This document shows positions 1 to 8,825 of a stretch of DNA of 32,000 nucleotides, in pieces. The first letter of the stretch is position 1, and every line of letters begins with the position of its first letter. The notes beneath the pieces were generated by a model, which worked only from the letters and a program-made list of their open reading frames with translations, searched no databases and was not told the DNA's origin. The position numbers were made by a program, and so were the translations under genes. Source of the DNA: Clostridia bacterium (GTDB lineage: Bacteria > Bacillota > Clostridia > Peptostreptococcales > Acidaminobacteraceae); contig JAFGTX010000296.1 in NCBI GenBank assembly GCA_016938815.1, positions 1-32,000 on the forward strand, written 5' to 3'.

Positions 1-504
1 GATACAGCACCTGAGGCTTGTCCTCAGTGTAAAGCACCAGCAGATCAGTTCATTGAGAAAGCTGATACTGAAATGACTTGGGCAGATGAACACTTCATTG
101 GTGTTGCTAAAGGCGTTGAAGAAGATATTATTGAAGCATTAAGAGCAAACTTCATGGGTGAGTGTACTGAAGTGGGTATGTACCTTGCTATGAGTAGACA
201 AGCAGATAGAGAAGGATTCCCAGAAGTAGCGGAAGCTTACAAGAGAATTGCTTTTGAAGAAGCAGAACATGCTGCAAAATTTGCTGAATTACTTGGTGAA
301 GTTGTTACTGATTCTACTAAGAAAAACATCCAAATGCGTGTAGATGCTGAGCATGGCGCTTGTATGGGTAAAAAAGAATTAGCAACATTAGCTAAACAAA
401 GAGGCTATGATGCTATTCATGACACAGTACATGAAATGTGTAAAGACGAAGCAAGACATGGTCAAGCCTTCAAAGGTCTTCTTGACAGATATTTTGCTAA
501 GTAA
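1..504 (+). CDS. Reverse rubrerythrin (N-terminal rubredoxin-like knuckle, C-terminal ferritin-like di-iron domain); 5' partial
   Basis: Frame 1 is open from base 1 ([17 protein letters not shown]...), giving a CxxC rubredoxin knuckle upstream of the listed Met at 73. It is followed by helices carrying EEAEHAAKF and DEARHGQAF (ExxH di-iron motifs). Stop at 502-504. Confidence 0.85.
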   Translation, partial: DTAPEACPQCKAPADQFIEKADTEMTWADEHFIGVAKGVEEDIIEALRANFMGECTEVGMYLAMSRQADREGFPEVAEAYKRIAFEEAEHAAKFAELLGEVVTDSTKKNIQMRVDAEHGACMGKKELATLAKQRGYDAIHDTVHEMCKDEARHGQAFKGLLDRYFAK

Positions 505-522
505 TTTATAAAGGCACATTAA

Positions 523-556
523 AAGACGTCATCAGTTGATGATGTCTTTTTTTCAT
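523..556 (+). terminator. Intrinsic terminator after the rubrerythrin gene
   Basis: AAGACGTCATCA (523-534) pairs with TGATGATGTCTT (537-548) with one G-U pair, followed by a T-run. Confidence 0.6.
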
Positions 557-634
557 ATAAGGGTAGCACCTTGATAAAATGTTTCGGTACTATATAATAA
601 TACTGAAAGAATTTCTAAGAAGGAGGCATAATAG

Positions 635-925
635 ATGATCAAAGTCGTAGCAGATAAATATGTAAATGAGGAAAATAAGGCAGAATTTCTAAAGATTGCT
701 TCAGAATTAATTGTTGAAAGCAGAAAAGAAGAGGGCTGTATTTCATATGGTATTTTTGAGGATATTACAGACAGTTCCCATGTATCTTTTATTGAAGAGT
801 GGGCTGATGAAGAGGCTGTCTTGAGACATGGTCAATCGGAGCATTATAAAAAGCTGATTCCACTTCTTGGGCCACTGTGTTCTAAAAATGGCTCTATTTA
901 TCGCTACAAAACAATTGAAGACTAG
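635..925 (+). CDS. Antibiotic-biosynthesis-monooxygenase (ABM) domain protein, YgiN-like
   Basis: 96 aa with a single ferredoxin-like ABM pattern (ISYGIFEDITDSSHVSFIEEWADEEAVLRHGQSEHYKK). AAGGAGG lies 7 nt upstream of the ATG. Confidence 0.75.
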   Translation: MIKVVADKYVNEENKAEFLKIASELIVESRKEEGCISYGIFEDITDSSHVSFIEEWADEEAVLRHGQSEHYKKLIPLLGPLCSKNGSIYRYKTIED

Positions 926-938
926 ATAGAGGTGCCTT

Positions 939-1610
939 TTGATATTAGAAATCGATTATAGAATAAAACAACTTGAGATAGAAGCGTTGTTGACCTGCTA
1001 TCATTTGGAAGAAGTGAGGGGATATTGCGGTCATTGTAGTAATTATGGTAAAAACTATACTTGTCCGGAATTTGATTTTACAACAGAAGATTATTTAAAG
1101 GATTATCATTATGTGACTATTATTAGAACCCGCATTCCTTCGGATAGAATCAAAGCAAATTTGCAAACGCTAAAGCAAATGGATTTTCCCTCAACTGTCT
1201 TTGATAGATATGAAGGGGAATATAAGGATGACTGTGATAAGTGGCATAAAAAATTAAGCATGTTTATTTATGAGCAGGCAAAAGATATCATGACGGAAAG
1301 ATTGAACAATATGGAAGCGACATTTGAAGGTGGTTTAGGTCTTGTGCCAGGTTGCTGTACCGCATGTAAGGTCTGTTCCAAAGTCTTGGGTAAAGCTTGT
1401 CATAAGGAAGGCGCTTTAAGATACTCACTGGAAGCACTGGGATTCCTTGTTTCAGATGTCTATAAGTTGGCATTTGACGAAACTTTGCAGTGGACGGAAG
1501 ATTTGCTACCGGAAAGTTTTGGCACATGTAGTGCATTTCTCTCTAAGTCATTGTTGGATATAGAACTATTGCAAGCAGAATTGAAAGGCATGGTCATTCA
1601 GATTGGTTAG
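939..1610 (+). CDS. DUF2284-type predicted metal-binding protein
   Basis: Cys cluster YCGHCSNYGKNYTCPEF near the N-terminus and a second CCTACKVC cluster, as in DUF2284. The TTG start lies only 4 nt after AGAGGTG, so the start is uncertain. Confidence 0.6.
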   Translation: MILEIDYRIKQLEIEALLTCYHLEEVRGYCGHCSNYGKNYTCPEFDFTTEDYLKDYHYVTIIRTRIPSDRIKANLQTLKQMDFPSTVFDRYEGEYKDDCDKWHKKLSMFIYEQAKDIMTERLNNMEATFEGGLGLVPGCCTACKVCSKVLGKACHKEGALRYSLEALGFLVSDVYKLAFDETLQWTEDLLPESFGTCSAFLSKSLLDIELLQAELKGMVIQIG

Positions 1611-1620
1611 GGAGGACAAA

Positions 1621-2559
1621 ATGAGACGATTGATTATAGATACAGATACAGGCAGTGATGACGCGGTAGCCCTTATTATGGCTTTAAAATCGCCAGAGAT
1701 TACTATTGAGGCGATTACAACGGTGTCGGGCAATGTCCCTTTGATACAGGCGAGTCAAAATGCTTTGATGGCAATAGAGGTGACCAAACGAGCGACACCG
1801 CCTGTTTATGCTGGTGCAAATCAACCTCTGAAAAGACCGCTTATGACGGCAAGAGATGTGCATGGTCAAGACGGCATGGGGGATCAAGGGTTGATTCACC
1901 CAACTGGGCGCCTTGCTGAGGGCGATGCTGTGGACAAGATTATTGAGCTGGTAGAGCGTTATCCTGATGAAATTGAGATTATAACTATTGGGCCAGTTAC
2001 TAATATTGCAAAGGCCATTCTTAGAGCATCTGAGGTCATGAAAAGGGTAAAGCATATCTATGCCATGGCAACGGGTGGTTTTGGTCCTGGAAATATAACA
2101 CCAGTAGCGGAATTCAACGTCTATGTGGATGCTGAAGCTTTTGAGATTATGTTGAATTCAGGGATTGACATCACTATTGTAGGTTTTGATATTTGCCTTG
2201 GCGATGCCGCTTTCGACAAAGAAGAAATTGAGCATATCAGAAATTCAGGAAAGCCGGAGGCGGTTTTTGCTATTGAATGTAATCGCAGTAAAATAGACTG
2301 GAACCTAAAACGTTATAATCGGTACTGTATCAATTGGCCTGATCCTCTTGCCATGGCTGTAGCGCTTTGGGAGGATATTGTGGTTGAAAGTGTACCCGCT
2401 CACTGCTATACCTGCACAATCGAAGAGCCGGCATATGGGCAGGTGATTGTGGATACAAGTTTCTTTGGCAATAAGACCAAAGCCTTTAATGCCCAAGTGA
2501 TCAGAAGGATTGATTCGGCAAAGTACAAGGCTCGAGTGATTGATTTGTTAACAAAATAG
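1621..2559 (+). CDS. Inosine/uridine-preferring nucleoside hydrolase family protein
   Basis: N-terminal IIDTDTGSDDAVAL (DxDxxxDD Ca-binding signature of IUNH). I prefer the ATG at 1621 (GGAGGacaaaATG) over the track start at 1603. Confidence 0.85.
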   Translation: MRRLIIDTDTGSDDAVALIMALKSPEITIEAITTVSGNVPLIQASQNALMAIEVTKRATPPVYAGANQPLKRPLMTARDVHGQDGMGDQGLIHPTGRLAEGDAVDKIIELVERYPDEIEIITIGPVTNIAKAILRASEVMKRVKHIYAMATGGFGPGNITPVAEFNVYVDAEAFEIMLNSGIDITIVGFDICLGDAAFDKEEIEHIRNSGKPEAVFAIECNRSKIDWNLKRYNRYCINWPDPLAMAVALWEDIVVESVPAHCYTCTIEEPAYGQVIVDTSFFGNKTKAFNAQVIRRIDSAKYKARVIDLLTK

Positions 2560-2638
2560 TTGGTGATGAGTTGGACAAAGAAGCGCAAACAAGGATAGGA
2601 AGACTTGGTTTAATTGCTGTACCATCATCTATAAGGAG

Positions 2639-3514
2639 GTGAGAAAAATAGATTTCATACAAGATTTGCAAAGAGCTATCGATTATATGGAAAACCATAT
2701 TCTTCAGCCGATTACTTATGAAGATGTTGCAAGAGCACTCTATGTTTCCAGCTATCATTTCCATAGAAGTTTTAGTTTGGTGACAGGGATGACTGCCAAT
2801 GAATATATACGCAACAGAAGATTGTCTATGGCAGGTCAAGAACTGATCTTATCGGATTTAAAAGTAATCGATATGGCTTATAAGTACGGTTATGAGACGC
2901 CAGAAAGCTTTACCAAGGCATTTACAAGATTCCATGGTGTGACGCCAAATGTTGCGAGACGCTCAAGTGTTGAATTGAAATTATTTAATCGCCTTCTAAT
3001 CAAAATCAAATTGGAAGGTGGTATAGCGATGGAATACAGAATTGAGAAGAGAAAACCCTTTACCTTATTAGCGGCGGTTGAAGAGTTTCGGAATGAGTCT
3101 GTTTCTGAAGAGGGTAATACAGATATTCCGGATTTTTGGAAGCGATGTGGAGAAGCAGGTGTTTTTAGAGATTTAAAGAAGGAGACTGGTCAAGGAGATC
3201 TATATGGGGTCTGTGCGCCGATTTCAAAAGAAAGCGACTATTTCAAATACGGCATAGGCACTATTTTTCAGGGAACTGTTCCACTAGAGGGCTATAGTCT
3301 TTGGGAGGTAAAACCAAGTTTGTGGGCAGTATTTAAATGTATGGGTGAGAATCCTGACTGTATCGGTGACACGTGGCATCGCATTTTCTCAGAATTTTTA
3401 CCGGGATCAGACTATCAAATGTTGGATGATACAGATTTTGAACTTTATTCTGAAGACTTTGAAGCAGGGTGTTTTTGTGAGATTTGGATTCCTATTGAGA
3501 AGAAAGATAAATAG
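2639..3514 (+). CDS. AraC-family transcriptional regulator with C-terminal GyrI-like effector-binding domain
   Basis: N-terminal double HTH (YEDVARALYVSSYHFHRSFS...; ETPESFTKAFTRFHGVTP). The C-terminal ~160 aa look like a GyrI/SOUL-like fold. The GTG start overlaps the AAGGAGG site, so the exact start codon is uncertain. Confidence 0.85.
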   Translation: MRKIDFIQDLQRAIDYMENHILQPITYEDVARALYVSSYHFHRSFSLVTGMTANEYIRNRRLSMAGQELILSDLKVIDMAYKYGYETPESFTKAFTRFHGVTPNVARRSSVELKLFNRLLIKIKLEGGIAMEYRIEKRKPFTLLAAVEEFRNESVSEEGNTDIPDFWKRCGEAGVFRDLKKETGQGDLYGVCAPISKESDYFKYGIGTIFQGTVPLEGYSLWEVKPSLWAVFKCMGENPDCIGDTWHRIFSEFLPGSDYQMLDDTDFELYSEDFEAGCFCEIWIPIEKKDK

Positions 3515-3531
3515 TTCTCTAGAGATGGATT

Positions 3532-3562
3532 AGTCCGGCAATTTTTTTGCCGGACTTTTTTT
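3532..3562 (+). terminator. Intrinsic terminator between convergent genes
   Basis: AGTCCGGCA (3532-3540) pairs with TGCCGGACT (3548-3556), a perfect 9-bp stem followed by a T-run. Confidence 0.75.
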
Positions 3563-3598
3563 ATACATGTTTATATGGAATCGGTTTTGTACTTTATC

Positions 3599-4531
3599 CT
3601 AGATTTCTGTATATAGAATGGTATTTTCTGGTGTTTTAAAGGCTTTACGCTTTATAATCGGTAAACCGAGTTCATCAGAAAGTTCTCGGATGAGATCTTT
3701 GGCGGGCTTTTTCAATTTTTCGTGAATGACAAAGGCATCTATGCCGCCATCAATCGATTGGATGCATTTTTTAATGCTTGTCATACCTGCACCATCTACA
3801 TAAGTGTCATTTTCAATCCAGCGGCTGGGTAGAATGTGTGTTAAATTGACAGGATGCGTTGGGTGTAAGACTGCATCGGTAATAGTATTTTCAAAATGAA
3901 CACCACCGACATAGAGAACGGTTGGGTATTTTTTATCCTCGGCGAAAACATCCATAATGGCATCGGCGATGACTGTAACAGCTGTTGTGTTATTATAACT
4001 CTCACTGGTGCTGCCGATTTCTATATCCACAAGAGGCGCATGTAAGTCATTGAGCCAATCTACATGACCGCCATAGACGATACCAGACCAGTGGGTGGCT
4101 TCTGTAGTTACCGTGAAATCGTCAAGTTGAGCGGCGACCCTGTAATGTTCCAGTGCACGAGCTATGTTGGTTGCATAAATAGGTTTGCTAGGTGGAAAAT
4201 GAGCGGATGTTACATCGCCGACGGTATGAATGGCTAAAATTTTATCCGGTGCATTTTGACCACCATGCCAGTTGACCATGCCGATTAGTGAAACATCCTT
4301 CAGCTGATCCAGTACCGACTGATACCGAAATTGATCCTGGCAGAGCACGACGTTAGTTCTAATAAAGAGAAATTGATTGTTGTCGCTGTCTTTGTATTCA
4401 AGGACGGCATAATCATCAACTTGCCACTCCAATTCAGATAACTTGTATTTGTCTTGGATTGCTGCCATGACTTGTGGTGCGACCTCATCTCGTTCTGCGT
4501 TCATACACATAAAATACACTGCTGTTTGCAT
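3599..4531 (-). CDS. Archaeal/plant-type D-aminoacyl-tRNA deacylase (DTD2/DtdA, PF04414-like) homolog
   Basis: Blocks match my recollection of Pyrococcus DTD2: ILAIHTVGDV (cf. LTTHVTGNWG), TVTTEATHWSG...VDIEIGSTSESY (cf. CYEATHHGP...FIEIGSSEEEW), YVGGVHF (cf. GIGGGHY), LTHILPSRW (cf. FGHILPKYA) and the C-terminal LIRELSDELGLPIIK. AAGGGGG lies 6 nt upstream of the ATG. Confidence 0.7.
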   Translation of the reverse strand: MQTAVYFMCMNAERDEVAPQVMAAIQDKYKLSELEWQVDDYAVLEYKDSDNNQFLFIRTNVVLCQDQFRYQSVLDQLKDVSLIGMVNWHGGQNAPDKILAIHTVGDVTSAHFPPSKPIYATNIARALEHYRVAAQLDDFTVTTEATHWSGIVYGGHVDWLNDLHAPLVDIEIGSTSESYNNTTAVTVIADAIMDVFAEDKKYPTVLYVGGVHFENTITDAVLHPTHPVNLTHILPSRWIENDTYVDGAGMTSIKKCIQSIDGGIDAFVIHEKLKKPAKDLIRELSDELGLPIIKRKAFKTPENTILYTEI

Positions 4532-4555
4532 GTGAAACCCCCTTTATTTAAACTT

Positions 4556-5452
4556 CTATTTAACGGTTACTTGGTTACGACCGTTTTCTTTACTGATGTA
4601 TAAATTTTCATCTGCTTTTTTTATCAAGTTTGAAGCTGTATCTTCATCGTTTATGATGGCGCCACCAATGGATATGGTCACTTGCAAGCGCTCGTCGTTG
4701 TGGTTGATAGATGATTTTTCAGTTAACACACGAATTCGATTAAGAATCATATCCAGCTGACTTTCAGTGACGTTGGCAAAGATACCTAAAAATTCTTCAC
4801 CACCCCAACGTCCGATAATATCACCACTTCGTGTCATTGCACGAAAAACTTTGGCAACCATTTTTAAGACTTCATCACCGATATCATGGCCGTAGTTATC
4901 GTTGAAATTCTTGAATTTATCGATATCGAACATCGCCACACCAAAAGGTATTCCGAGCTCTCGGAAGGTGGCGAGTTGATTTTCGAGGCTGTTATCCAGA
5001 TACCGTCGATTAGGCAGTCCTGTCAATTGATCTTGATAGGCGATGATTTTTAGTTCATCTAGATCTTTTAGAAAGGCCGTTTGTGAAGACTCATCTGTAA
5101 ATGTTTCTACAGCACCGATGATTTCATCATGCTCATAAATAGGCATGATATGCACAGCAACCGGTACGCGGTGACCATCTTTGTGATGGAGATAAACCAG
5201 TGTATCTCTAATTTCTCCATCCGTTAGTGATTGGTGCAGTGGACAGCCAGCTTTGCAAAGTTCAGTTCCAGAGCTATCCACATGATTTAAGATATTGTCA
5301 TAGCAATGATGTCCTAACACTTCTGACGAAGAAAAGCCTGTAATTATTTCGGCAGCCTTATTCCAAAAAGTGATTTGTCGCGACTTATCGACGAAATAGA
5401 CACCGTCTTTGACGCCGTTTAGTATATATTGATAGATAGATTTTGAAGGCAT
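4556..5452 (-). CDS. PAS-domain diguanylate cyclase (GGDEF)
   Basis: N-terminal PAS domain (ITFWNKAAEIITGF). The C-terminal GGDEF domain has active site GGEEF and an RSGD I-site 5 residues upstream. Only 24 nt separate it from the downstream DTD2-like gene, so they are probably one operon. Confidence 0.9.
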   Translation of the reverse strand: MPSKSIYQYILNGVKDGVYFVDKSRQITFWNKAAEIITGFSSSEVLGHHCYDNILNHVDSSGTELCKAGCPLHQSLTDGEIRDTLVYLHHKDGHRVPVAVHIMPIYEHDEIIGAVETFTDESSQTAFLKDLDELKIIAYQDQLTGLPNRRYLDNSLENQLATFRELGIPFGVAMFDIDKFKNFNDNYGHDIGDEVLKMVAKVFRAMTRSGDIIGRWGGEEFLGIFANVTESQLDMILNRIRVLTEKSSINHNDERLQVTISIGGAIINDEDTASNLIKKADENLYISKENGRNQVTVK

Positions 5453-5590
5453 AGGAGACTCCTTTCGTTTATAATGCTTTTATTATATTATAGCCTTTTC
5501 ACAATAAATTAAAAACATTAATAGAAAAATGTGATACAATACATGAGTTAGGTTATAAATAAGGAAACTATAGAGTGAGCAGGGAGTAAC

Positions 5591-6730
5591 ATGAAAACAT
5601 TTGAAACATATGAATTGGAAGATAGATTGATTAGCGGCCTTAAAGCGGAAGGTATTGTTAGTCCAACGGAGATACAAGATAAAGCCATTCCACTTTTGAT
5701 GGCAAACAAAGATGTGATAGGGGAAGCGGTAACGGGAAGTGGCAAGACGCTGGCTTACCTTTTGCCTGCCTTCCAAAAGATAGATGAGAACAGTAAAGAC
5801 TTACATACTTTGGTCTTGGCACCGACCCATGAGTTGGTCATCCAGGTGAATAACGTCATCAAATCCCTTTCGGATGCTTCTGGGAAGACTGTGCGTTCGG
5901 TTGCTATTTTAGGTGAAGTTAACATTAAGAGACAGGTAGAAGCACTAAAGGCGAAACCGCATATCATCGTCGGTACACCGGGTCGTATTTTGGAATTGAT
6001 TGAAATGAAGAAGATCAAAGCTCATCAAGTGAAGACCATCGTTATAGATGAAGGCGACAAACTCCTTTCTGATGACAACATCAGTACGGTTCAGCGGGTC
6101 ATCAAGACAACCCTTCGCGACCGTCAATTGTGTATCTTTTCAGCATCGGTCAATGCCGTAGCCATTGAACGTGCAGAGGCGTTAATGAAAGAGCCTGCAC
6201 TGATACAGTTGAGTGAAGAAAAAGTGAATATGGATATCTCACATTATTGCATACTGACTGAGAAGCGTGACCGAATTAATACGCTAAGAAAAGTTATCCA
6301 TGCGGTGAATCCTAAAAAGGCCATTGTTTTCATTAATATGAATGAAATGGTGCAGGAAGTGGAATCCAAACTGCGTCATCATAAGATTCAGGCCGTAGGT
6401 ATTTTCGGTAACGCCAGAAAGGCAGATAGAAAACAGGCATTGGACGCTTTCAGAAGTGGCGAAGCCAATGTTTTGATTGCATCTGATCTTGTAGCAAGAG
6501 GGTTGGATTTACAGGATATCACCCATGTTATTAGCTTGGACGTACCACCAAATCTGAATGAATATGTGCATCGTGCCGGCAGAACCGGTAGAGCGGGTAA
6601 CAAAGGTGTGGCGATTTCCATTATTACAGAAAAGGATGTCAATGCACTGATGAAAATCGAAAAACAACATCATATCGAATTTGAAGTGAAGGAAGTGAGA
6701 CAGGGGAAACTTGTCGAGCCGAAACGCTAG
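5591..6730 (+). CDS. DEAD-box family ATP-dependent RNA helicase (short, YfmL-like size)
   Basis: Q motif (SPTEIQ), motif I AVTGSGKT, motif Ia LAPTHEL, motif II DEGD, motif III SAS, motif VI HRAGRTGRAG. Confidence 0.9.
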   Translation: MKTFETYELEDRLISGLKAEGIVSPTEIQDKAIPLLMANKDVIGEAVTGSGKTLAYLLPAFQKIDENSKDLHTLVLAPTHELVIQVNNVIKSLSDASGKTVRSVAILGEVNIKRQVEALKAKPHIIVGTPGRILELIEMKKIKAHQVKTIVIDEGDKLLSDDNISTVQRVIKTTLRDRQLCIFSASVNAVAIERAEALMKEPALIQLSEEKVNMDISHYCILTEKRDRINTLRKVIHAVNPKKAIVFINMNEMVQEVESKLRHHKIQAVGIFGNARKADRKQALDAFRSGEANVLIASDLVARGLDLQDITHVISLDVPPNLNEYVHRAGRTGRAGNKGVAISIITEKDVNALMKIEKQHHIEFEVKEVRQGKLVEPKR

Positions 6731-6738
6731 AATGATTG

Positions 6739-6765
6739 AAAGCCCACTGGATTCCAGTGGGCTTT
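6739..6765. terminator. Hairpin shared by convergent helicase and ligase genes
   Basis: AAAGCCCACTGG (6739-6750) pairs with CCAGTGGGCTTT (6754-6765), perfectly complementary, with T-rich flanks. Confidence 0.7.
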
Positions 6766-6772
6766 ACTTGTT

Positions 6773-8776
6773 TTATGCTTCAAAGAAACTTTCATGATTC
6801 ACGAAGAAGTCGAATTTCGCAGGAATTTCTTTTACTGTGTGACTGTCTTTGTCCTCATAATGTGCTTGGATCGATTCGAGGATATGATCCCATGACCAAA
6901 GGCTATCATCAAGGCCGAGGTAGTCCTTAACGTTTTCTGAGCTAGTTGGTACGACTGGATGAAGCAGTGTCAGACAGACCTTAACGCCGTAGAACATGTC
7001 AGCAAGGACTTGTAGGCGCATTGCGTTGTTATCTTCAGCATCGGCAATCTTCATTTCTCTTGACCAGTATTTACTTAGTTTTCTGATGACGTTGTCTAGT
7101 GTGATGATGACACGGTGGAATTCATGTTGTGCCATGTTGCGCTCGTATTCGTAAACGGCTTTTTCCATCATATCTGTGATTTCGTCGCTGATCGCGTTGG
7201 TTGGAATCGCCCAGTTATTGTATTTTTCGCTTGTGTAGAAGCATGAACGCACCATACGGTTAAATACCTTTGTCAGTAGGAAACCGTCTTTGAGTACTGG
7301 ATCTTCAGCTTTGTTGGTGAAAGTTTCATCCAGTGCCATCGGGTTGAAGCTGACGCTTCTCTTTGAAAGGCCAAGGCTTAGGAAATGCATTCTAAGTTGG
7401 TCGCTCGTATAGTAGTCTAGCAACTCGTGTGCCATAGGTGGCTTGATTGCACCTGAACTGCTGGCTTTTTCATTCATAAAGAGTATATGGTGGTTGGCAA
7501 CCAGTGTTGGGAAGTTCATCTCTGAAATATCCAGTGCACTCATGTCTTTTGATGCACTAGGGTTTTCAGAAGCATAGTAACCCATCAACATAGCCATTTC
7601 AGGTAAGCCGTAGAAATGGATATTGTCTTCGCCAATGAACTGATAGACCTTTGCTTCTGGGTCTGTCCACCATTTGGTCCATGAATCCTTGCTGCCAATC
7701 GAATCCAAATAGGTTTTCGTAAAGGAAATTGGTGCCCAAAGTGACTCAGGCCATACCCAGAAAGTCAAATCTTTCAAATCCTCTTTTTCAGGTACAGGCA
7801 CACCCCATTCGATGTTACCGGTCAATCTGAAAGGCGTGATGGTTTTACCTGAACGGTAACGCACATTGCTGCCGTCTAGCAGTTTCTTTGCAACGTCACG
7901 TTCATCAAGAGAATTGAAGTTGAATGTCACCGATGGTTTCTTTTCGATATCTTCTAATGTACCACCAAGAGAAGCGATGAAGTCTTCTGAAAGCGGTTCG
8001 AATTCTTTTCTTGTAATATGAATTGCCGGTGGCAATAAGAACTCTTCCAGTGTACGGATTACAAGAGGTCTTACACTTCTGTCATTTTTGAGGTTTTCAA
8101 CAAGGGCTTTCAAAGGCTCTGCGAAACGCTCCAAATCGAAGTACCAGTTGCTTGTATTTCTAAGCTCTGGTTTTTCTCCGGAAAGCACACTGATCGGATC
8201 GATCAAATCCTCCGGTGGGTATTGATGTCCTAAGTCGCATTCGTCTGCATAACCTTTTTCGGAAGGACAGCCTTCATAAGGACATTTACCAAGGACTTGA
8301 CGACCATTTAAATAGATGTCGTGAATTGGATCGTAGAATTGAGGACAGCTCAACTCTTTTAAGAAACCGTGGTCATAAAGGAGGTTGAAAACCTCTTCAG
8401 AAACCTTATTGTGCTTCTTGCCGCTGTCGCCAAAGGCAGAAGTGGCATAAAGACTAAGATTGACGTCATAGTTTTCTAAAGTTTGTTTTTGTCTTACGTG
8501 GAAATTGTGAACATAGTCTTCTACAGTGATGTCCACGTTCTCTTTTTCACAGTGGTTTTTATGGCTGGTGATAATCGGTGAACCGTAGCAGTCGGTTCCG
8601 GAAACAAAGATGACGTTGTCTTTGCCGATTCTATCCTTTAAAAATCTTGCATAAGTGTCGGCGTGTACGAATACACCACCGATGTGGCCGAAGTGCAAAT
8701 CCTTATTGCCATATGGCATACCGCCGGTGATGACGGCACGCTTTGGAAATTCAGGTCTTCTAATGTGTTTATTCAT
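6773..8776 (-). CDS. Class I aminoacyl-tRNA ligase of the methionyl-tRNA synthetase family (divergent; KMSKS replaced by KASSS)
   Basis: GGMPYGNKDLHFGHIGG (HIGH region), GTDCYGSPI (cf. MetRS GTDEHG / DDSHGTPI), zinc-knuckle-like CPYEGCPSEKGYADECDLGH, WVWPESLWAPISF (cf. YVWLDAPIGY), YQFIGEDNIHFY (cf. YHFIGKDIVYFH). I prefer the ATG at 8776 (GAGGGAGGaattaccATG) over the track start at 8809. Confidence 0.8.
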   Translation of the reverse strand: MNKHIRRPEFPKRAVITGGMPYGNKDLHFGHIGGVFVHADTYARFLKDRIGKDNVIFVSGTDCYGSPIITSHKNHCEKENVDITVEDYVHNFHVRQKQTLENYDVNLSLYATSAFGDSGKKHNKVSEEVFNLLYDHGFLKELSCPQFYDPIHDIYLNGRQVLGKCPYEGCPSEKGYADECDLGHQYPPEDLIDPISVLSGEKPELRNTSNWYFDLERFAEPLKALVENLKNDRSVRPLVIRTLEEFLLPPAIHITRKEFEPLSEDFIASLGGTLEDIEKKPSVTFNFNSLDERDVAKKLLDGSNVRYRSGKTITPFRLTGNIEWGVPVPEKEDLKDLTFWVWPESLWAPISFTKTYLDSIGSKDSWTKWWTDPEAKVYQFIGEDNIHFYGLPEMAMLMGYYASENPSASKDMSALDISEMNFPTLVANHHILFMNEKASSSGAIKPPMAHELLDYYTSDQLRMHFLSLGLSKRSVSFNPMALDETFTNKAEDPVLKDGFLLTKVFNRMVRSCFYTSEKYNNWAIPTNAISDEITDMMEKAVYEYERNMAQHEFHRVIITLDNVIRKLSKYWSREMKIADAEDNNAMRLQVLADMFYGVKVCLTLLHPVVPTSSENVKDYLGLDDSLWSWDHILESIQAHYEDKDSHTVKEIPAKFDFFVNHESFFEA

Positions 8777-8825
8777 GGTAATTCCTCCCTCATACTTATC
8801 TTTATCCATTACGACTTGTTTTTAC

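Noticed and set aside
6736-6930. 64-aa plus-strand ORF after the helicase gene
   Set aside because: It starts inside the bidirectional terminator hairpin and runs antisense to the 3' end of the ligase gene.
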